From assembly GCA_036268255.1 (NCBI GenBank), contig DATAUL010000324.1, positions 18,372 through 82,371 on the forward strand: 64,000 nt of DNA, in the 5' to 3' direction. Below the pieces are notes generated by a model. That model was not told where the DNA came from, did no database searches, and saw only the letters and a program-made list of their open reading frames with translations. Both the position numbers and the translations under genes were made by a program. Shown one piece after another: positions 56,829 to 64,000 of the stretch. The stretch's first letter is position 1. Each line of letters opens with the position of its first letter. Origin of the DNA: Solirubrobacteraceae bacterium (GTDB lineage: Bacteria; Actinomycetota; Thermoleophilia; Solirubrobacterales; Solirubrobacteraceae).

Positions 56829-59081
56829 ATGACCATGAGAGCGATCGCGCGCTGGTGTGTTCAGCACCGCAGGACGGTCCTTGCGGCCTGGCTGGTGGGC
56901 CTGATTGTGGTGGCCGGCGCCGCCAAGACCATTGGTTCGGACTACAAGAACAGCTTCAGCCTCAAGGGCACCCAGAGTTTCGAGGCGCTTGATCTGCTGC
57001 AGCGGGCAGCGCCGAAGGCGTCCGGGGACGTCGAGCAGGTCGTCTTTTCGGTCAAGCGCGGGACAGTCACCGACGTGGCCGCCCGCGAGCATGTGACCGC
57101 GGTGCTCAGTCGCTTGTCAAAGCTGCCGACGGTGGCGTCGATCTCCTCGCCGTTTGCCAAGAGTGGATCGGCTCAGATCTCCGCTTCGAAGAGGATCGCG
57201 TTCGCCGACGTGACGATGACCAAGGAGGCGGGAGCGTACTCGACGTCCCAGTCCAAGACGTTCGTCGACACCGCAACCGACAACCAGCCCGCGGGGCTGC
57301 AGGTGGCCGTCGACGGACAGGTCGCCGAAAACGCCGAGCCGGTCAGCGACGCGGGCGCCGGCTTCGGGGCGCTCGCCGCACTGATCGTGATGATGATCGT
57401 ATTCGGCTCGTTCGTGGCCGCGCTGCTGCCGCTCGTCACCGCGGGCCTCGCCCTCGGCGTCGGGGTGTCACTCGTCGGGCTGCTCTCGAACGGGATCGAC
57501 ATGGCCTCGTTCAGCTCCGAGTTGGCGCTGCTCATCGGCCTCGGGGTCGGCATCGACTACGCGCTGTTCATCGTCACCCGATACCGACAGGGCCTGATGG
57601 CCGGCCGGCCGGCCGAGGACGCGATCGTCGACGCGATCGACACCTCCGGCCGGGCGGTGATGTTTGCCGGGATCACCGTCTGCATCGCGCTTCTGGGTAT
57701 GTTCGCGCTCGGCGTCAGCTTCCTTTACGGGGTCGCGATCGCCGCCGCGATCGTCGTCGCCTTCACCGTCTTCGCGGCACTGACCCTGCTGCCGGCGCTG
57801 CTCGGCTTCCTCGGTCCCCGGATCCTCGGACGTAGAGCCCGACGGCGGCTCGCCGGCGGGGAGTTCGAGACCGCCCTCGGCGGCGGCTTCTGGTCACGCT
57901 GGTCGGGCTTGCTCAGCCGGCATCCCGCCCCAGTCGCACTCGCCGCGTTCGTCGTGATGGCGATGATCGCGATCCCGTTCTTCTCGCTGCGGCTGGGATC
58001 CGCAGACGCCGGCTCCGATCCCTCAGGGTCCACCACACGCGTCGCCTACGACCTGCTGGCCCAGGGCTTCGGACCGGGCTACAACGGTCCGCTCCAGGTC
58101 GTCGCCCAGGTCGACTCTGCCGCCGAGACACAGGCGTTCACGAGGGTCTTGGCGGCCGCCAAGACGACGTCCGGGGTCAAGTCGGTCACCTCCGCAGTGA
58201 CGCTGGGGTCGGGTGTCTCCGGCGGCAAGAAGGTGCTCACCGCCGACATCTACCCGACCGGCTCCCCGCAGGCCGTCTCCACCAGTCAGCTGCTCACCAG
58301 ACTGCGCAACACGGTCGTGCCGCGGGCCACCACCGGCAGCAACGCCCGGGTCCTCATCGGCGGCCAGACGGCGATCTTCGCCGACTTCGCCAGCGTGCTC
58401 TCGAGCAAGCTGCCGCTGTTCATCGGCGTCGTGGTGTTGCTCTCGTTCCTGCTGCTGGCCGCGGTCTTCCGCAGCCTCCTGGTGCCGCTGATGGCCGCCG
58501 CGATGAACATGCTGTCGGCCGGCGCGGCGTTCGGTGCGGTCGTGGCCGTGTTCCAGTGGGGGTGGCTTGATTCGGTATTCGGCATCACCCAGACCGGTCC
58601 TGTTGAGGCGTTCGTGCCGGTGATGATGTTCGCGATCCTGTTCGGCCTCTCGATGGACTACGAAGTGTTCCTGGTCAGCCGGATCTTCGAGGAGTGGCAC
58701 CGCACCGGTGACAACCGTCAGGCCGTCATCAACGGGTTGTCAGCAACCGGACGCACGATCACTGCGGCGGCAGCCATCATGATCCTCGTCTTTGCCTCGT
58801 TCATCTTCGGCGGGCAGCTCGTGATCAAGATGTTCGGGCTCGGGCTCGCCGCCGCGGTGCTGATGGACGCGCTGATCGTACGGATGGTGCTGGTACCCGG
58901 TCTGATGCTCGTGACCGGGAACGCCAACTGGTGGCTACCGGAGTTCCTGAATCGCGTCCTGCCCCGACTCAACGTCGAAGGGTCGGTACCCGACTACGAC
59001 CACCGCCTGGCGCCCGCTCCCCCAGGTACGCCACCACAGCCTCTCCGACCGGTGGCCGAAACCAGCGGCAGCGCCCGATGA
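56829..59081 (+). CDS. MMPL/RND-family transporter
   Basis: GVGIDYALF, GFGPGYNGP and FGLSMDYEVFL. Confidence 0.95.
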   Translation: MTMRAIARWCVQHRRTVLAAWLVGLIVVAGAAKTIGSDYKNSFSLKGTQSFEALDLLQRAAPKASGDVEQVVFSVKRGTVTDVAAREHVTAVLSRLSKLPTVASISSPFAKSGSAQISASKRIAFADVTMTKEAGAYSTSQSKTFVDTATDNQPAGLQVAVDGQVAENAEPVSDAGAGFGALAALIVMMIVFGSFVAALLPLVTAGLALGVGVSLVGLLSNGIDMASFSSELALLIGLGVGIDYALFIVTRYRQGLMAGRPAEDAIVDAIDTSGRAVMFAGITVCIALLGMFALGVSFLYGVAIAAAIVVAFTVFAALTLLPALLGFLGPRILGRRARRRLAGGEFETALGGGFWSRWSGLLSRHPAPVALAAFVVMAMIAIPFFSLRLGSADAGSDPSGSTTRVAYDLLAQGFGPGYNGPLQVVAQVDSAAETQAFTRVLAAAKTTSGVKSVTSAVTLGSGVSGGKKVLTADIYPTGSPQAVSTSQLLTRLRNTVVPRATTGSNARVLIGGQTAIFADFASVLSSKLPLFIGVVVLLSFLLLAAVFRSLLVPLMAAAMNMLSAGAAFGAVVAVFQWGWLDSVFGITQTGPVEAFVPVMMFAILFGLSMDYEVFLVSRIFEEWHRTGDNRQAVINGLSATGRTITAAAAIMILVFASFIFGGQLVIKMFGLGLAAAVLMDALIVRMVLVPGLMLVTGNANWWLPEFLNRVLPRLNVEGSVPDYDHRLAPAPPGTPPQPLRPVAETSGSAR

Positions 59082-59166
59082 GATAGTCGCGTCAGGCGAC
59101 CCCGCGCTCGCTGCGGCGAGCGGAACACGGCCCCCACTACTCGATCAGCCGGCCGCGGTGACGCAG

Positions 59167-60555
59167 TCACATGCGCGCCTTCGCCACCGGGCCCCGCGCG
59201 TGCGCGGTCTGCGCCTGCGCAATGACCGCGGTGGCCGCCGCCAGCACCAGCACGGCCGCCAGGGCGCCGGTGGTGATCGCCAGCGCGCTCCCGGAGCCGC
59301 GGGCCTGAAGGCTCAGGTAGAGGCCGCCGGGACCTGCGACGCCGGCGACCTGACTGAGCACGTTGGCCGTCAGGAGCAATCCGCTCAGGTCGGCGGCCTG
59401 CGCCGGGCGGACCGAGGTCGTGAGCCGGTGTGCGAGCGGCGAGAAGGCGAGGGCGTGGCCGGCGCCGGCGAGCAAAAGGAGCGGGGCGGCGGCCGCCGTG
59501 GACCAGCCGCCGTCGCGGGCGAGCAGGCCGACGCCGAAGATCGCTGCTGCCATCGCGATCGCCCCGCCGGGCGGCAACCACGTTCGCACGCGTTGTGGCG
59601 CGCGCGTCCATGTCAGGCTGGCGCTCGCGAATCCGCAGGCGTAGATCGCGAAGATCAGCCCGGCATGCAGCGGCGTGAAGCGAAGCGCGCTCTGCAGATG
59701 GAGGGTCAGTGAGAACAGGAACCCGGCGTAGCCGCCCATCACGAGCCATACCGCGAGCACGCCGAAGGTGACCATCGGCAGCCTGAACAGGTCGAGGTCG
59801 AGCACCGGACGCCTGCCGTCAGCCACGAGGCGCCGTTCGTGCCGTGCGAACGCGCGTGCCGCGATCAGCGCAGACAGCATGCATGGCCACACCCATGTCG
59901 GCCAGTGCAGCTGACGGCCGAAGGTGAGCGGGATGATCAAGGCAAGCAGTACGGCTGACAGCAACGCCACCCCGGCGAGGTCGAGGCGCTGCCGGCTCGG
60001 CGCAATCGCCGGCAGACGCTTCCGGGATGCGACCAGCAACAGTACGCCGATGGGGGCGTTGAGCAGGAGCGCTGGACGCCATGCGGCGGCCAGCAGGTGC
60101 GCGCCGATCAGGAGCCCGCCGACGATCTGGCCGGCGGCGACGCCGACGGCGAGGATCATCGAGTACGCGCCAATCGCGCGCGCCCGACGCTCCCCCTCGA
60201 AGCTTGCCTGGATGATCGACAGCACCTGCGGAGTCATCACCGCCGCGGTCGCGCCCTGAAGAACACGCGCGCCGATCAACACCGCAGGGGTCGGAGCGAG
60301 CCCACCTATGACTGAGGCGACCGTGAACCCGCCGAGCCCCGACATGAACGCGCGGCCGCGGCCGATGTTGTCGCCGACCCGCGCGCCGGTGACGACCAGC
60401 GCGCCGCAGGCGAGCGAGTAGGTCCCGATGACCAACTGCAGCTCGGCGCCGGAGGCGTGCAGGCTGCTCTGGAGCGAGGGTGCGGCGACCACCAAGATCG
60501 ATCCATCCATCGACGTCATCGCCTGCCCGACAAGCAGAACCACGAGCGCGACCAT
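59167..60555 (-). CDS. DHA2-type MFS transporter
   Basis: GARVGDNIGRGR, ARVLQG and AWRPALLLNAPIG. Confidence 0.9.
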   Translation of the reverse strand: MVALVVLLVGQAMTSMDGSILVVAAPSLQSSLHASGAELQLVIGTYSLACGALVVTGARVGDNIGRGRAFMSGLGGFTVASVIGGLAPTPAVLIGARVLQGATAAVMTPQVLSIIQASFEGERRARAIGAYSMILAVGVAAGQIVGGLLIGAHLLAAAWRPALLLNAPIGVLLLVASRKRLPAIAPSRQRLDLAGVALLSAVLLALIIPLTFGRQLHWPTWVWPCMLSALIAARAFARHERRLVADGRRPVLDLDLFRLPMVTFGVLAVWLVMGGYAGFLFSLTLHLQSALRFTPLHAGLIFAIYACGFASASLTWTRAPQRVRTWLPPGGAIAMAAAIFGVGLLARDGGWSTAAAAPLLLLAGAGHALAFSPLAHRLTTSVRPAQAADLSGLLLTANVLSQVAGVAGPGGLYLSLQARGSGSALAITTGALAAVLVLAAATAVIAQAQTAHARGPVAKARM

Positions 60556-60628
60556 GCGCGCATGCTCGCCGTTACATCCCGCTGAGTCTTGAACATTGGT
60601 GCTCGATCAAGGCTGCGAGAATGAACGC

Positions 60629-61453
60629 ATGTTGGTGAGCCACACGGTGCTCGACTACGCCGGGATCGAGGTCGCCGAAGTCGCGTGCCGCCATCGCAGC
60701 GGCCGTGGAGCCGAGACCGAGCCCAGCAGCGGATACGGGCTCGTATTCGTTCGCCGAGGCTGCTTCGTTCGTCACGCCGACGGCGCCCGGGAAGTGCTGG
60801 ATCCCACGGTCGCGTTCGCCCGCGCCCCGGGACAGGAGCAGCATTACGACCATCCGACCGACGCAGGCGACGACTGCACCGCGCTGACGTTCGACGAGCC
60901 CACCGCCGCCGCGCTCTGGGGAGCGGCGCCGCCCGAGCGGCCGCTCACGGTCTCGGCGCGACTGGACTTCGCCCACCGCCAGTTGCTCGCCGAAGGGCGT
61001 CGCGGCGCTGACCCGGACGCCCTCTATGAGCACGCGGTCAACCTGGCCGCTGCGACACTCTCGCAGAGTGAGCCGGAGCCACTTCACGCCGCGCGCCCAA
61101 GCAGCCGCCGTGCCAGGCGGCGGCTGGTGCATGACACCCGGGAAGCACTCGCCGAGGCACCCGCGCGGGCACTGCCGGCGCTTGCCCGAGAGCTCGGCGT
61201 CTCACCCCACCATCTCAGCCGTGTATTCCACGCGCACACCGGACATACGATCGCCCAACACCGGCTGCAGCTACGTGGCCGCGCGGCGCTGGAACGGATC
61301 GCGAACGGCGAGGACAGTCTCGCCCGGCTCGCCGCCGAGCTCGGCTTCGCGGATCAGAGCCACCTGACGCGCACGATCCGCCAGCAAACCGGACACACCC
61401 CGACGCAGCTCCGCACACTCATTCACTCGGGCTCGCCCGCTCCCGGGAGCTGA
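60629..61453 (+). CDS. AraC-family regulator
   Basis: SPHHLSRVF and LGFADQSHLTR. Confidence 0.9.
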   Translation: MLVSHTVLDYAGIEVAEVACRHRSGRGAETEPSSGYGLVFVRRGCFVRHADGAREVLDPTVAFARAPGQEQHYDHPTDAGDDCTALTFDEPTAAALWGAAPPERPLTVSARLDFAHRQLLAEGRRGADPDALYEHAVNLAAATLSQSEPEPLHAARPSSRRARRRLVHDTREALAEAPARALPALARELGVSPHHLSRVFHAHTGHTIAQHRLQLRGRAALERIANGEDSLARLAAELGFADQSHLTRTIRQQTGHTPTQLRTLIHSGSPAPGS

Positions 61454-61616
61454 TCGGCGGGGGCACGGCTGTAATGACGTCGGGACCGATGGCGACGGTG
61501 CTCGGCGCGGCGCCTGGGCGATACTCTGCCCTCGTCATCGATCGCCGTCGGGTGCCCCGGCTGTATCTGTCGTTCGCGGTGTTGACGGTGTTCGGACCGC
61601 TGGCACTGATTCTCGA

Positions 61617-62243
61617 CTAGTCGTCGGGGAGACCGAGTGCACGCTGCCAGATGTCGAGGAGTCGCTGCTGCACGGGAATCAGGTCTGCGCGCTCCTGGGC
61701 TGTGGTAAGCGCATGGCTGAACGCGCGCTCGTTGAGCAGCGCGAGCGTGGCGACAAGCGCCTCGGCGGCGGTCCGGTCCTCGCGTTCGGGCACTGTTCCG
61801 TAGGTGAGCAGCAGTTCGGCGCACTGCTCGTTGATCGCATCCATGGCGCCCGTCATCCGAGCCTCGAGCGTAGGCATTCGTGCCGCGAGCGCCAGCGCGG
61901 CGGACATGGCGGTCCGGTGCTCCCACCACGCGTCCGCGGCTGCCGCGATCGCGGCGGAGAGCCGCCGTACAGGCGGGCCCGGCGCGCGCAGCGCAACATC
62001 GAGGCCGTCTGCGATCTGCGACTGAGTAGCGTCGATCACGCTGGCCAGCAGTGCGTCCTTGGACTCGAAATAGAAGTAGAAGGTCGGCCGCGAGACACCA
62101 GCTGCAGCAGCGAGCTCCGACACAGACGCCCGTTCGAAGTCGTTCCGTTCCATCAGACGGCGCGCCGCTACCAGGAGTGCCAGCTCGCGCGCATCGCCCT
62201 TGGGCTGTTGAGCGGTCCGGCGGCGCAACGGAGTGGTCGCCAT
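61617..62243 (-). CDS. TetR-family regulator (EthR-like)
   Basis: KGDARE..AGVSRPTFYFYFESKDALL; leaderless TACCGT-N6-ATG. Confidence 0.9.
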   Translation of the reverse strand: MATTPLRRRTAQQPKGDARELALLVAARRLMERNDFERASVSELAAAAGVSRPTFYFYFESKDALLASVIDATQSQIADGLDVALRAPGPPVRRLSAAIAAAADAWWEHRTAMSAALALAARMPTLEARMTGAMDAINEQCAELLLTYGTVPEREDRTAAEALVATLALLNERAFSHALTTAQERADLIPVQQRLLDIWQRALGLPDD

Positions 62244-62258
62244 GGACGTACGGTACCG

Positions 62259-62298
62259 AGTCAACGCCTGTCGAGATTATTCTCGACAGGCGTTGACT
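62259..62298. promoter_or_regulatory. Perfect 18-bp-arm inverted repeat (double TetR operator)
   Basis: AGTCAACGCCTGTCGAGA-TTAT-TCTCGACAGGCGTTGACT. Confidence 0.75.
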
Positions 62299-62327
62299 TT
62301 CTCTGAGCCGGGTACGAGGATGCGTTC

Positions 62328-63611
62328 ATGACGACCATCTCGCCCTCCGCCAGCGGTTGCCCGCGCCTGGCGGCCTACAACCCGCTCGCCCCCGACGAGC
62401 TGCTGGATCCCTATCCAACCTATGCGGTGGCGCGAGAGCACGCGCCGGTGTTCCGCTCTGACGCCTTCGGGCTCTGGTTCATCACCCGTTATGAGGACGT
62501 CGCGACCGCGCTTCGTGACACCGAGACGTTCTCATCGCAGATGGCCGGCGAGACCTTGGCCGACGGCGTGCCGGCGTCGCTGGAGCCCCAGCTCGACCAC
62601 GCCCTCGCCGGCGGCGTGCCGGACGACTCGCGCTTCCTGGCGATCACCGACGCACCCGTTCACAACGTGCGACGGAAGCTCGCGCAACAGGCATTCACGC
62701 CGCGACGGGTGGCCACGCTCGACCTGCTCATTCGGACGCGCACCGAGGAGCTGTGCGACGGCTTCGGGGCCGCGGAACGGGTCGATCTGATGAGCGCGTT
62801 CAGCTACCCGCTGACGACCTCGGTGATCGCAGGAATTATCGGCCTCGACGAGCAACACGCGGCGCAGATGCGCGCCGTCTCCGAAGACCTGCTTGTCGTC
62901 AACTCACCCGGAGGCCGCCAGCTCGACCAGGCCGAGGCCGAGGACGTGATCGCGCGCATCGCGCGCATCAGCGCGCTGCACAGCGAGATCGGCGAGGAGC
63001 TCGCAGCCCGCCGACACACACCGAGAGACGACCTGCTGTCGGCGCTGGCGACATCAACGCTGAACGACGGCACGCGACTGGAGGACGAGGACATCCTCGC
63101 GATGACCGCGGAGCTGATCCTTGCCGGGACGGACACCACCGCCAACCTCATCGCGCACGCTGTCCTCTACCTGTCCCCCGATCAGGACCGCTGGCGCCAA
63201 CTCGCCGACGACGACGGCCTCACCCACGCCGTGGTGGAGGAGACGCTACGACGGCGGGGATCTTCAAAGGGACTATTCCGCATCACCACGCGCGACGTCG
63301 AGATCGGCGGCGCCACCATCCCAGAGGGCGCGGTCGTCCAGTTGCTCTACGGCTCCGCCAACCACGACCCATCGCAATTCCCCGATCCGGAAGCATTTAC
63401 CCTCGACCGCCCTGGGATTGACCGACACGTCGCATTTGGCCGCGGCACCCACTTCTGCCTCGGCGCACCGCTGGCGCGGCTGGAAACCCGAGTCGCGCTC
63501 CAGACACTCAGCCGCCGCTTCCCCAAACTGCAGGTTCCGCCCCAGGAGCTCACCTACATCCCTGCGATGAGCACCCACACCCTCGCCACACTCACCATCA
63601 CCACGTACTAG
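62328..63611 (+). CDS. Cytochrome P450
   Basis: AGTDTT I-helix, EETLR and FGRGTHFCLG. Confidence 0.95.
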   Translation: MTTISPSASGCPRLAAYNPLAPDELLDPYPTYAVAREHAPVFRSDAFGLWFITRYEDVATALRDTETFSSQMAGETLADGVPASLEPQLDHALAGGVPDDSRFLAITDAPVHNVRRKLAQQAFTPRRVATLDLLIRTRTEELCDGFGAAERVDLMSAFSYPLTTSVIAGIIGLDEQHAAQMRAVSEDLLVVNSPGGRQLDQAEAEDVIARIARISALHSEIGEELAARRHTPRDDLLSALATSTLNDGTRLEDEDILAMTAELILAGTDTTANLIAHAVLYLSPDQDRWRQLADDDGLTHAVVEETLRRRGSSKGLFRITTRDVEIGGATIPEGAVVQLLYGSANHDPSQFPDPEAFTLDRPGIDRHVAFGRGTHFCLGAPLARLETRVALQTLSRRFPKLQVPPQELTYIPAMSTHTLATLTITTY

Positions 63612-63702
63612 AGAACCCGCAAGTGGCTGGTCGCCCGATCGTTGGCTCAACGGCACCCATGGAGGGTTCCGCTCTCGCCTCAGTTACAGGGCCTTCCTTC
63701 GA

Positions 63703-63783
63703 TGGAGCCAACCGGGATCGAACCGGTGACCTCCTGCTTGCAAAGTCGGGCGGAGGCTTTGCCGCACGTTGCCATACGTTGCC
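63703..63783 (-). mobile_element. att-like site: tRNA-Ala(TGC) 3' half plus TTGCC x3 flank
   Basis: Minus strand CTTTGCAAGCAGGAGGTCACCGGTTCGATCCCGGTTGGCTCCA contains the anticodon loop, T-arm, U70 and A73; the D-arm and 5' acceptor strand are absent. Confidence 0.85.
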
Positions 63784-63791
63784 AACCACCT

Positions 63792-64000
63792 GACCGAAGC
63801 CGTCTCCGACTCGGCGCACTCGCCCTCCCGCTCGTCGCGGCCGGCGGACTCGTCCTGCCTGCGGCCGGAGGCGCCCGCTCCGCCCATCCGGCCGCAGCGC
63901 CGCCCGCCTGCACGACCTCGCAGTTGGTACCGACGATCGGTTCCCCGAACGGTGCGGCCGGGACCATCTACCTGACCGTGACATTCGCCAACGTCGGTGC
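63792..64000 (+). CDS. Secreted DUF4232-like protein, partial (start codon unclear; runs off window)
   Basis: Manual translation RLRLGALALPLVAAGG...PACTTSQL...NGAAGTIYLTVTFANVG. Confidence 0.6.

Noticed and set aside
63703-63745. Intact tRNA-Ala gene
   Set aside because: Only the part from the anticodon loop to the discriminator is present. There is no D-arm or 5' acceptor strand, so it is treated as an att remnant (same for 55999-56041).
1-64000. CRISPR arrays, rRNA, transposases, integrases, retron/DGR reverse transcriptases
   Set aside because: No regularly spaced repeats or diagnostic motifs were seen by eye; short degenerate remnants could have been missed.

Overview
High-GC actinobacterial accessory DNA; the gene content suggests Thermoleophilia/Solirubrobacterales, but that is an inference. 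The window has five parts. (1) 0-7 kb: a SigB/SigF-type general-stress cluster with an unusual TetR-HTH::PP2C phosphatase fusion. (2) 7-27.7 kb: small regulator-effector modules mixed with decayed genes (glpABC, an Rv2578c-like radical SAM, a truncated haemoglobin, a VOC protein), plus an AfsR/SARP regulator flanked on both sides by triple 11-bp-spaced TCAG boxes. (3) 27.7-45 kb: a largely intact amine-catabolism island. It carries PipA/CYP151-type P450, ferredoxin, a GS-like gamma-glutamyl ligase, a signal-less SBP-fold protein, a GntR plus soluble amine-type Cache sensor, an MsmeAmDH-like amine dehydrogenase and PucR. Divergent from these is a peptide ABC importer operon with a LysA-like decarboxylase whose DAP-binding Arg is replaced by Glu, and a serine hydrolase. 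(4) 49-56 kb: three ECF sigma/anti-sigma pairs plus a sigma remnant; two pairs are head-to-head paralogues sharing a readable promoter motif. (5) 56-64 kb: two tRNA-Ala(TGC) 3' fragments with a conserved arm-like flank delimit a ~7.7 kb integrase-free cargo cassette. No rRNA, intact tRNA, CRISPR array, transposase or integrase was seen. Family assignments come from motif recognition and recall, not database searches.
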